A stretch of 50,280 bases of DNA, from positions 1-50,280 of the forward strand of contig JAVJSW010000044.1 of assembly GCA_040219255.1 (NCBI GenBank). Direction: 5' to 3'. A program made the translations under genes and the position numbers. This stretch comes from Sumerlaeia bacterium. Its GTDB lineage: Bacteria > Sumerlaeota > Sumerlaeia > SLMS01 > JAHLLQ01. Positions 9,485-18,441 of the stretch are shown here, one piece after another. The notes beneath the pieces are model-generated. The model ran no database searches and was not told the origin of the DNA. It saw only the letters and a list, made by a program, of their open reading frames with translations. Numbering within the stretch: the stretch's first letter is position 1; each line of letters opens with the position of its first letter.

Positions 9485-10834
9485 ATGAACGAATCGAATC
9501 ACCCCACCACCATCCCCGCCCACGCCCAGTTGAACGGCACGCCGATCCCCGGTTTCGAGGACATCCACGGCTGGTATGCGCTGCGGCGCCGCCAGCAGGA
9601 CCGCCTCGAACGGCCGGTCGAGGACCTGCGCGAGTTCTTCGATGGCGATTCCGATCAGCTCGTCACGATTTCGCTGTTCATCAACATCACGGATTTCCTG
9701 ATGGCCCAGCGCGCGCTCGCCGCGCTGCTCGAAGGCTGGACGGTGGAGCGCGAGTGCCGCTACGAGTACGATGAACCGGCCCTGGTGCAGCGCCGGGCGG
9801 TCGAAGTGGCGCCCAAAAAGTTCGACTTCGTCATCCGCGAAGGGCGCCAGTTCTGGCGCGGGCCTGATGGCGAAAAGCTCGTCATCGACCTCGACACCGA
9901 GGAAAACACGACCCATCCGTCGAGCCAGATGACCTTCTCCATCCCGCAATCGCGCTACACGTGGCTGCGCGACTTGCTGCCGAAAATCCAGGAGTGGGCG
10001 GACAAGCACCATTTCTGGCGCGGCCAAGCCATCACCGGCCGGGGCGAGTTCATCGAGTTCGATCAGAACACGGCCTGGGAAGACGTCCTGATTCCCGAGG
10101 AAACGCGCCGCACCATCGAGCGCAACTGCATCGAACTGCTGAAGTTTTCCGACCTCTTCAAGGCCAACGAGATTCCGCTCAAACGCGGTCTGCTGCTGCA
10201 CGGCAAACCGGGCACGGGCAAGACCATGATCGGGCGGGCATTGGCCCAGAAGTGCGGCGTCACGTTCATTCTCTCGACGCCGGGGATGCTCGACGACAGC
10301 CGCGACGTGCGCCGCGTGTTTAGCTGGGGCCGGCGATTCGCTCCCTCCATCCTCTTTTTCGAGGACTTCGACATGGTCGCCGCCGAGCGGCATAGCTCCT
10401 ACAGCAGCAACGAAGTGCTGGGCGAATTCCTCGCCGGGCTCGACGGGCTGGATGCGGGCGAAGGCGTCATCGCCATCGCCACGACGAACGACCTGAACGC
10501 CATCGAACCGGCTTTGAAGGACCGGCCCAATCGCTTCGACGTGATCCTGGAGATTCCCGCCATGGGCTCCGAGGAACGGAAGAAGTTCCTCTCGAAGTGG
10601 AAGGAAAAACACGGCGGGGACTTCGACGTGGAAAACCTGGTGGCGCGAAGCGAACACTTCACCGGCGCCCAGATTCAGGAACTCTGCCGCTTGGCCGTCT
10701 TCGAGGCGGTGGAAGAACGCATCAAAGCCGAGAAGACCGAGCCGGAGCTGCTGCCGCTGACGCAGGGGCATTTCAACGCGGCGATGCAGAAACTGCCGAA
10801 CCGGCCGAAGAAGAGCATCGGGTTCGGGGGGTGA
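9485..10834 (+). CDS. AAA+ ATPase with uncharacterised N-terminal domain
   Basis: RGLLLHGKPGTGKT, Walker B variant ILFFEDFD, SRH TTN...EPALKDRPNRFD, C-terminal IGF. Confidence 0.9.
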   Translation: MNESNHPTTIPAHAQLNGTPIPGFEDIHGWYALRRRQQDRLERPVEDLREFFDGDSDQLVTISLFINITDFLMAQRALAALLEGWTVERECRYEYDEPALVQRRAVEVAPKKFDFVIREGRQFWRGPDGEKLVIDLDTEENTTHPSSQMTFSIPQSRYTWLRDLLPKIQEWADKHHFWRGQAITGRGEFIEFDQNTAWEDVLIPEETRRTIERNCIELLKFSDLFKANEIPLKRGLLLHGKPGTGKTMIGRALAQKCGVTFILSTPGMLDDSRDVRRVFSWGRRFAPSILFFEDFDMVAAERHSSYSSNEVLGEFLAGLDGLDAGEGVIAIATTNDLNAIEPALKDRPNRFDVILEIPAMGSEERKKFLSKWKEKHGGDFDVENLVARSEHFTGAQIQELCRLAVFEAVEERIKAEKTEPELLPLTQGHFNAAMQKLPNRPKKSIGFGG

Positions 10835-10850
10835 GGGTAGAGCTTAGGGG

Positions 10851-12137
10851 CTAGAACCCAATCAATTCGCTGGGCCAGACGCCGAGGCGCGAAGGATTCG
10901 AACCCGAAGTCGCCACGAGTGCGGCTTTGCCCGTGGCGCCGTCGTCGGCCAGGATGACCGAGAACTGATTCAACTCGGCGGGCAGGGGATACAGGTCGCC
11001 GTTTGCCTCGGAAATCGCCCGGTCTTCCGCCTCCGCCGCTGGCAACACAGTGACCAGGAGCGACACGTCAGCCTTCGCGGGATCCGGGCGGATGGGAAGG
11101 AAGAGGACCGGTTCGTCTCCGGAGAATGCGATCGCGGGGCGGCAGACGTTTACCTCTGTCGGAACCGCGCCGATCCAGTAGGCGGTCCGTTGTTTGCCCC
11201 CATCCGCCGGGATGACCGAGGCCGCATACCCCACGACCTCGAACCGCGCCGGTGAGTCGTTCGAGCGGCAGATGGCTCCGGCAACTCCAATGTCTCCGTT
11301 CCGGTTCACGGTCATCGTGGCGTAATCGTGAAAGTAACCGCCTCCATGGGTTTCAATCTGCGGGGCCAGGACCGACTTCAGGAAGTCGAAAGCGACGGGG
11401 GTTTCCCCGCCCTTTTCCGCAGTCGCCGTGTCGAAGACTTCGACATGGGCCTCGCCGAATCGCCATTGGTGAAAGCGGGCCAGGTGCCCCTCGCCGGTCA
11501 GCGCCAGGGCGCAAAGACTCCAGGCGGGGGGCAGGCGCTTGCCGCCCGTCAGCGCACCGCCGCCGGAAGCTTCGGCGAGGCGTTCAAGCGGATAGACGGC
11601 GGTCTGAAAGCGGTTGTCCGATCCGACCCATCCCATCGCAACACGTTCGTTCATGCGGTCGCGCACCATCACCGGTTCGATGGTCGAACCAGGGGGTACC
11701 ACCTGGAAATCCTGTACAGAGTCCCCGCTTGCGCCGCGTTTGAGGACAGCGCCGCGAATCTGGAAGCCGCCGTAGGGCCCTTGCAGGGGGGAGTGCTCGC
11801 GCCCGTCCGCCCAGATGACGAGCGCTTCGTCGGGGTTCGTGAGGACCACGCGGGGGCGCCACATCGGCCCCTGAGCGTGAGCAGAAATCACGACCTCCGG
11901 TCCGTCCGCTTCGAACGCTGCGTCGATCCATTGTCCGTAAATGGCGAGAGGCGCGTCCGAGGCGAGCCCTCGCTCCCAGACCACCAGGCCGCCGAAGCCC
12001 TCGGCCAGAGCCGCGTGGCAGGCGAAATCACCGGGGGCGTCCTGCGGAACGTCCGCCTGGAATTCGGCCCCCCACGCTGAGGCCAAAGGAGTTATGAGAG
12101 CGGTTGCGAGGCAAAGAGTGGCGATTGGGTTCATCAT
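10851..12137 (-). CDS. Secreted hypothetical protein
   Basis: Signal peptide MMNPIATLCLATALITPLASAWG-A; beta-rich mature region; no family recognised. Confidence 0.6.
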   Translation of the reverse strand: MMNPIATLCLATALITPLASAWGAEFQADVPQDAPGDFACHAALAEGFGGLVVWERGLASDAPLAIYGQWIDAAFEADGPEVVISAHAQGPMWRPRVVLTNPDEALVIWADGREHSPLQGPYGGFQIRGAVLKRGASGDSVQDFQVVPPGSTIEPVMVRDRMNERVAMGWVGSDNRFQTAVYPLERLAEASGGGALTGGKRLPPAWSLCALALTGEGHLARFHQWRFGEAHVEVFDTATAEKGGETPVAFDFLKSVLAPQIETHGGGYFHDYATMTVNRNGDIGVAGAICRSNDSPARFEVVGYAASVIPADGGKQRTAYWIGAVPTEVNVCRPAIAFSGDEPVLFLPIRPDPAKADVSLLVTVLPAAEAEDRAISEANGDLYPLPAELNQFSVILADDGATGKAALVATSGSNPSRLGVWPSELIGF

Positions 12138-12248
12138 GGGGGGATGGAGCCTTTCGGAGAAAATCTGGGACCGGCCAGGAAGGAAACGGTGGTCATACGC
12201 TGCCGCCTCGTTTCCCTTGCGCTGTTTCATTTGAAGACCCGGCAAGCC

Positions 12249-13535
12249 TCATACTCTCGCGCCCGGTTGTCCATTCAAAGCGCATTTGTCATAGCTCCCA
12301 ACCAACCGCTCCACAAACGCCTCGCGGCTGAATCGGGCACGGGCTCGTGCGGCGCGGGCTTGGCGGGCGGGGGCGGGTTCTTCGCGGGCGAGGGCTTCCT
12401 GGATCGCGCGGGTCCAGGCGGCGGTGTCTCCGGGCGGGATCAGGGTGCCGTCCTCGGCGCTGGCGATCACTTCGCCGTGGGCGCCGGTGTCGCTGGCCAG
12501 GACCGGGCAGCCGCAGACGAGGGCTTCGGCCAGCGTCAGCCCGAAGGCCGGGCGCCCCAGGTCCGGGTTGGCGGCCGCGTCCGCCGCCGCCAGCCAACGC
12601 CCCAAATCCGCGCCGCCGACTTTCCCCAGCAGATGAATCCGGTTCGCCATGCCCGCGTCCGCGGCCAAGCGCTCCAGCGGCGCCCGCTCTGGTCCGTCGC
12701 CCCCGATGACGAGGTGGTGGGGGAGGGCGGGGGTTTCGCGGATGGCGCTGAGGAAGGCTTCGGCGAGGACACGGAAGCCCTTCAGAGGCTCGAGGCGGCC
12801 GTAGGCGAACAGGAACGGGGCGGTGCCTTCGAGGGCGCCGCCGGTGGCGAGGGCACGTTGCTCCGGCACGAATTGCGGGCGGGCGGCCAGTTCCGGAAAC
12901 CGCCCGAGGTCGAAGCCGAGGGGCACGGCGATGGGGTTGAGCGCGGGGTTTTCCCGGCGAAGTTCCCGCACGGTGAAGTCGCTGTCGGTGAGGAGCATGG
13001 GGGTCTTGCGCAGGAACCCGCGCCACGCGGGCCAGAACGCGAACCGGTGCTTGAACCGCCACAGATCCGCCCCGCGCTGGGCCAGACTCCGGCGCCGCCG
13101 CACCACCCGGTCCAGCGGCGTTTCCGTCCACAGCGTACCGTGGATCGTCGTCACCACCGGGGGCAGGTGGGGGGCGTAATCGGGATCGCTGAGGGGAATG
13201 CCGGTGAAACCCTGGGCGTGAACGAGTTCGATCTTGTGCTTTACGCAAATCGCGAGGGCGTGGGCCGCCAGCGACTGCATGAAGTACAGGCTATAGCGCC
13301 CGTCGGTCTTGGTCCCCAGGGTGCCCAGGCTGTGCAGGCCCCCATTGAGTCGTGGCGGGGGAAAGACGGGTTCGGCGGGCAGGGGCGTCGTCAGCACATG
13401 GACCTCCCAGCCCGCCGCCATCAGACCCTCGGCGATGTCCTGAACGTGGAATTCCATGCCACCGGCGCGGTGGGCGGGGATGCTGCGGGAAACGAGGAGG
13501 ATTCGCCGGGGCGATTCCGGAGCCGGCGGGGTCAT
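12249..13535 (-). CDS. Glycosyltransferase family 4
   Basis: GGME N-terminal motif, GRLEPLKG, GDGPER and FGLTLAEALVCGCPVLASDTG. Confidence 0.92.
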   Translation of the reverse strand: MTPPAPESPRRILLVSRSIPAHRAGGMEFHVQDIAEGLMAAGWEVHVLTTPLPAEPVFPPPRLNGGLHSLGTLGTKTDGRYSLYFMQSLAAHALAICVKHKIELVHAQGFTGIPLSDPDYAPHLPPVVTTIHGTLWTETPLDRVVRRRRSLAQRGADLWRFKHRFAFWPAWRGFLRKTPMLLTDSDFTVRELRRENPALNPIAVPLGFDLGRFPELAARPQFVPEQRALATGGALEGTAPFLFAYGRLEPLKGFRVLAEAFLSAIRETPALPHHLVIGGDGPERAPLERLAADAGMANRIHLLGKVGGADLGRWLAAADAAANPDLGRPAFGLTLAEALVCGCPVLASDTGAHGEVIASAEDGTLIPPGDTAAWTRAIQEALAREEPAPARQARAARARARFSREAFVERLVGSYDKCALNGQPGARV

Positions 13536-15049
13536 TCCTCGGCGGCGGGGCTCTTCGAGAGCAGGACGCGATAGCCCTCGGCGCCGTTCGGGTTCGGCAT
13601 GATCTGGACGCGGAATCGCGGAGCGGACTCATCCGGCTTGGCGAGGGCGGCGGCGGCCTGGCTGGCGAGCGACCGGCGCGCCGACCCGACGGTGTTGTCG
13701 CGGGGCTGCATGGCGCGGCGGTCTTTGGCGGTTTCCGGGCGCAGGCTTTGCAGAAAGGCTTCCAGCGCGGCCTTTTCCTCGAAATCAAAGGCCAGCGTCT
13801 CCGGATCCACCGGCACGCGGGTCACGGGTTCGGAGGCCAGGGTGCTCATGGTGGTGGAGTCCTCGCGGGCAAAGGAACCCATGCCAGGCACCAGGGCGTT
13901 TCCGCGGGCTGTGCGGAAGGCGGGGCTGGCAAGTTTGGCGTCGCGCGAAGCTCCGTCCTGCATCCGCAGCGAAGTCGCCGCGAAGGCCGGGGCCATGGCC
14001 GGTCCGTCCGGCACCACCAAGCGGCCGCCGAGCGGCAGCGCCCGGGCCACCAGGAAGGCCACGTCGTCGCGGCTCAGAGGGTCGGCATCTTCCTCATGCC
14101 CCAGCCTGGCCCCGGCCATGGAGCGGGAAGGCCCAGAGGCGAACGACGAGGTTGTCTGTGACGCGAAAGCGCTCATCGCGCGCTCCTCGCCAAAAGACGG
14201 CGGAGCGGAGCGCTCCTCGTTGGCCGGCGAGGCGAAGCCCTCGGACATGGGGACGGCGGCTCGCGCGATCATTCCACGCTCTTCCTTGTCCTCCGCCAAA
14301 TGCTCCACCGGAGCCGGTTCCTGCGCCAATTCCATCGTCTCGTCGTTCCAGACAACCTCGCTCTCCTCCATCGCCACGGTCGCCGGGGCGTCCGATTCGA
14401 GGGGGGCGAGGGCCGTGCGCATGCGGCTTCCGGCGGCGGACTTGCTGGCGCGGAGGTCCATGGCCGACGCGACCATGTCCGAGGCGTCTTCGTCAGAGGT
14501 CTCTTCGCGCGGCAGGGAGGCAATTTCCATTTCCCCGGCGGGGTCTGGGGCGGGCGCGTCCTGGCGTGTTCGGCCGGAGGGCGCCGTGGCGTCGGTCAAC
14601 ACTCGCTCATCAAGCGCGGACACTCCGCCGTCGCGGCTCGTCGCCGAGGGCTCTTCCAGGTTGGCCTGCCACGCCGTGATGCCCACGCCGAGGAACAGCA
14701 CCGCCGCGGCGGCGGCCCAGATCCAGGCGCGGCCGCGGCGGGGCGTGATGTCTTCGATTTTCGCGGAGGCGGCAGGGCTCTTTCGAGTCGGTATCATTTC
14801 CGGTTCGCGGGCCTTGGCCAGCGCCCCCGCCAGGAGCCCCTGCGGCGCGGCGGGGCGCGGGGCCGACCGAATGGCCGAGACGATCCGCGCGTGGCCGTCG
14901 GCTTCCGGGCGCCATTCCTCATTTGCGGCCATCAAGGCCTCGAACTCGGCGCGTTCGTCTTCGCTCAGCGTGCCGAACGCGTAGTCGTCCAGTAGCTCTT
15001 CAAAGCGTTCGCGGGCTTCATCCGGGTGTTGCACAATGCCCTCGTTCAT
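13532..15049 (-). CDS. Anti-sigma factor-like membrane protein
   Basis: LLDDYAFGTLSEDERAEFE anti-sigma N-terminus, one TM helix, ATGA overlap with the sigma gene. Confidence 0.75.
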   Translation of the reverse strand: MNEGIVQHPDEARERFEELLDDYAFGTLSEDERAEFEALMAANEEWRPEADGHARIVSAIRSAPRPAAPQGLLAGALAKAREPEMIPTRKSPAASAKIEDITPRRGRAWIWAAAAAVLFLGVGITAWQANLEEPSATSRDGGVSALDERVLTDATAPSGRTRQDAPAPDPAGEMEIASLPREETSDEDASDMVASAMDLRASKSAAGSRMRTALAPLESDAPATVAMEESEVVWNDETMELAQEPAPVEHLAEDKEERGMIARAAVPMSEGFASPANEERSAPPSFGEERAMSAFASQTTSSFASGPSRSMAGARLGHEEDADPLSRDDVAFLVARALPLGGRLVVPDGPAMAPAFAATSLRMQDGASRDAKLASPAFRTARGNALVPGMGSFAREDSTTMSTLASEPVTRVPVDPETLAFDFEEKAALEAFLQSLRPETAKDRRAMQPRDNTVGSARRSLASQAAAALAKPDESAPRFRVQIMPNPNGAEGYRVLLSKSPAAEE

Positions 15050-15690
15050 ACCGTCCGCCTCTCCTCCAACCAATCGGCCATCGCCTCGCGCAGCGCCTTG
15101 CGTGCGCGGTTGATCCGGGACTTCACCGTCCCGATGGGTACCTCCAGGGCTTCCGAAATCTCTTCATAGCTCAGCTCCTCGAAAAAGCGCAGCGTCAGCA
15201 CCTGCTGCCATTCGGGGTCCAGGGTTGCCATGCGCTCCTGCATCAGTTTCACCGCTTCGCGGTCGCTGGCCAGGGTCCGGGCGTCCACGCCGCCCGCTTC
15301 CCATTGTCGGGGCTCGGCGTCCTCGTCGTTGCCGGCGGGGGCTTCCAGGCTGGTGTAGCGGGCCTTTTCGCGATTCTCCACGACGAAGCGATTCTTCGCC
15401 AGGTTCGACGTGATGCGGTACAGCCAGGTGCTGAACTTGCTCTCGGCGCGAAACTGGTGGATGTGGCGAAAGGCGCTGATCAGGACTTCCTGGGCCAATT
15501 CGAAGGCTTCTTCCTCGCGCCCGCCCAAGAAGCGCAGCGCGGTGCGATAGGTGCGATCCTGGTGGGCCGCCAGCAGCCGTTCCAGCGCTCGCTGGTCGCC
15601 GGCCTGGGCGCGTTCCACCAAATCCCGCTCTTGCTCGCGGGTCAGTTCCTCAGAGGAATCCCCGCCTTGCGTCACCATAGACATCGCCAT
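15046..15690 (-). CDS. ECF RNA polymerase sigma factor
   Basis: FSTWLYRI region 2 and LSYEEISEALEVPIGTVKSRINRAR region 4; start could be 15690, 15684 or 15678. Confidence 0.95.
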   Translation of the reverse strand: MAMSMVTQGGDSSEELTREQERDLVERAQAGDQRALERLLAAHQDRTYRTALRFLGGREEEAFELAQEVLISAFRHIHQFRAESKFSTWLYRITSNLAKNRFVVENREKARYTSLEAPAGNDEDAEPRQWEAGGVDARTLASDREAVKLMQERMATLDPEWQQVLTLRFFEELSYEEISEALEVPIGTVKSRINRARKALREAMADWLEERRTV

Positions 15691-15840
15691 TGGGCTCCCG
15701 GTTCCCGGGAAAAATTCGGCGGGCGAATCGCGTGCCCGACCGTCCCACCCTTATGCGGGCGGGCCAAGGCGGCGGCAAGGACGTTCCCCGCGCCGGAATC
15801 ACTTTCGATGGCTGGAATGAGGGGGGAGGGCTTCGCCGGA

Positions 15841-18126
15841 TCAGTACATCGTCCAGCCGCCGAAGATCGAGGTGGGGCCAGGCATGTTGCTCGTCCCCGG
15901 CGTTGGGGACTCGAGCGTTTGCAACGCCCCCTCGCCATCGGGCAGGAGCCCCTGCGTCACATCGTCCGTTTGAGCGCCGAAGACCAGCCGGTGGACCTCC
16001 TGGAAGTTGTTCGCTTCGGTGTCGTAGATGCCGATTTCCTCGCCCCCGGCCGAGAGGCGGAAGTTCGTGTGGAGGTCTCCCTGGCTGTCGTCGCCATCGG
16101 TCCAGACCAGCAGGAAGCTGCCGGCCGGGATCGAAAGGCCGCTGGGGAACGCCCACTGGGTCGGGTTGGCCGAGTCGTCGGACAGGTGCAGGCCATCGAG
16201 CGAAACCGCCACGGTGTCGGCGTTGTAGATTTCGATCCAGTCGTCGAACTCGCCGAACTCATCGCTGATTGTGGTGGCGTTGCTGGCCATGAACTCGTTG
16301 ACGAAGAGCTTTGGGGGATCGGTCGGTTCGCCACCTCCGCCTTGCTGGAACTGGTTTTCCGCGCTCGGCGTCGGCAGTGTCGTCGTGGTGATCGTGTCCG
16401 AGCCGTTGGGGAATCGGATCGCCGTGCTGTCGGAAATCATGCTCAGACCGAAGGCGTCGAAGTCATCCACCAGAACCCGGCCCTCGGCCATGCTGGTGAA
16501 CAGGCCCAGGTGCTCGCCATCGAGAGACAGATTGTAGCTCGTGTGCAGCGGTCCCTGCGCTTCGTCGTCATCCGCCCAAAAGAGCAGGTAGCCGTTAGCC
16601 GGAATCGTGACTCCCGCGGGGATCATCCACTTCGTCGGAGAGGTGACGTCGTCGGTCAGGTACCAGCCCGACAGATCGACGGGGCTCGCGTCGAGATTCA
16701 CGAGTTCGATCCAATCCTCGAATTCGCCCATTTCGTCGCTGATGGTCGAATTGTTCGAGGCTTGGATTTCATTGATTCGCACGTTGGGCAGGGCGGGCGT
16801 CGTGAAGCCGGAAAGCTGAGTGCGCAGGCTGTTCGCCCGTTCGTCCATGAAGGGTTCGAGGCCCATTTTGTGCGGGCCGCGTTCGCCGAATCCTCCCCAT
16901 GTGGAAGGCACCGTCAGGCCCTCCGGGTAGAAGTTGGGACTGTTGCCCACGGCGCCGCCGGACTCGATGGTGCCGTCGTAGTAGGGCGTCAGCATGGCAA
17001 CCCAGGCCGCTACCTGGGCGCGGAGCGCCGGGTCCTGCAGCAGGTCCGCCGCGTCGGCCAGGTAGCGCCGCCATTGCCGGCGCCAGGGGCTGTGGGCGAA
17101 AACGGCTTCCGTCAGAGGCGGCTGATCGGTGCCGAAGCCAAAGCGGCCCCAGTTTTCGAAATGGCGGTCCGACCAGTTCACGCCGAAAAAGTCGGTCCCG
17201 ATCGTGTTGTCGTAATCGTAGGGGATCCATTCGAAGCGGTCCGTGGCCTCTGAATGGTAGAGGTAAAAATTGTTCGAGCCGTACCAGTAGTCGTCCCAGC
17301 TTCCCAGGGCCACGTTCATTGCCAGATAGCGCAGGAAGGAGTCCACGTTCAGGTGGTACTCAAGTTCTTCGAGCACCACGGCGCCGGGTTCCTGGGTGAT
17401 GAGGCGGATGAACGCCGCGAGGTCCGAGTAGTCCGAGAGCGGGTCGTTGTTTAGCTCGTCGTAGGTGCTGCCGCCGCCGACACTGGCGTAGTCTTCGTCG
17501 AAGCGGAAGGACAGATCGGCCTGGGAACCCTGGTAGAGACACTTGTAGAGGTTGCCGTCCTTGCCGCCGAACCAGTTGTTGGTGAATTCCTCGTCATAGT
17601 GCTCCACATGGGTTTGGATGCTCCAGAAGGTGCCGTTGACGTACAGGGCGACGAAGTGGGTGCGGGCGCCCGGCAGGCCGAAATCGCGGAGCGCTTTCCA
17701 GCACAGCGCCGTTCGCACCACGGTGGGATCGTTGCTCGAGCCGTTCAGGTTGGCTTCCTCGAGACCGTGGAGATTCTGGCCCGGCGTGAAGGCCTTGAAG
17801 TCCACCTTCCAGGATTTGCGGTCGGCACTGCGCGAGGTGTTGCCCCGAACGCGGAAGCCGACGAAATCCAGGGTTTCGTCAATTTGAGAATTCCGCCAGC
17901 GCACCGTCACCATTTTCAGGTCGTTGGACTGGGGGTTGGCGAGCAGGTCGTTGAAGTCCGCCGGGTCGATGGCGATGTCGACGCGGGTGACTTCATCGGG
18001 GAGGAAAATGAGGGCGTTTTGCGTTTCCCAGTCGCCCGTCCGGGGCTTCGGAGACAATGCCCATCCGATTGTCGCGACGAAAGTTAGGAGCAGAAAAGGA
18101 AGCGAGAGGCGGAAAACGGAAGGCAT
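15841..18126 (-). CDS. CotH kinase family protein with two lamin-tail-like domains, secreted
   Basis: Signal peptide; RVRGNTS, KSWKVDF, NNFYLY and IPYDYDNT CotH motifs; two (I/V)NE...DWIE(L/I) LTD repeats. Confidence 0.9.
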   Translation of the reverse strand: MPSVFRLSLPFLLLTFVATIGWALSPKPRTGDWETQNALIFLPDEVTRVDIAIDPADFNDLLANPQSNDLKMVTVRWRNSQIDETLDFVGFRVRGNTSRSADRKSWKVDFKAFTPGQNLHGLEEANLNGSSNDPTVVRTALCWKALRDFGLPGARTHFVALYVNGTFWSIQTHVEHYDEEFTNNWFGGKDGNLYKCLYQGSQADLSFRFDEDYASVGGGSTYDELNNDPLSDYSDLAAFIRLITQEPGAVVLEELEYHLNVDSFLRYLAMNVALGSWDDYWYGSNNFYLYHSEATDRFEWIPYDYDNTIGTDFFGVNWSDRHFENWGRFGFGTDQPPLTEAVFAHSPWRRQWRRYLADAADLLQDPALRAQVAAWVAMLTPYYDGTIESGGAVGNSPNFYPEGLTVPSTWGGFGERGPHKMGLEPFMDERANSLRTQLSGFTTPALPNVRINEIQASNNSTISDEMGEFEDWIELVNLDASPVDLSGWYLTDDVTSPTKWMIPAGVTIPANGYLLFWADDDEAQGPLHTSYNLSLDGEHLGLFTSMAEGRVLVDDFDAFGLSMISDSTAIRFPNGSDTITTTTLPTPSAENQFQQGGGGEPTDPPKLFVNEFMASNATTISDEFGEFDDWIEIYNADTVAVSLDGLHLSDDSANPTQWAFPSGLSIPAGSFLLVWTDGDDSQGDLHTNFRLSAGGEEIGIYDTEANNFQEVHRLVFGAQTDDVTQGLLPDGEGALQTLESPTPGTSNMPGPTSIFGGWTMY

Positions 18127-18441
18127 AGGAGGAACCGTGTAGGGGAAAAAAATGAAGGGCTGAATTTACGGGCGCCCGCCAGCGCTGTCAAACCCAACTG
18201 TTTTCGCCATGGAAAAGGAGCGATTCGAAGAGGGCAACTCGGGATCGCACGGGAAAATGTGATTGACCCTATTCCAGGCCATTCCTATCGCTGCTTTTGG
18301 TAACTGACTGGACTGCTTAGGCGTTTGCGAAGTTTGATCGCATCGGTCCTTCCCCGATCCTTCGGAGGAATGGACTCCCCGCCTCTCCCACCGGTCGGCA
18401 TTTTCGCAGGATTTCGCGCACGGACGGAAAGCCCCTCTCGC

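Noticed and set aside
14923-17253. 776-aa plus-strand ORF
   Set aside because: Antisense shadow of the sigma factor and CotH genes.
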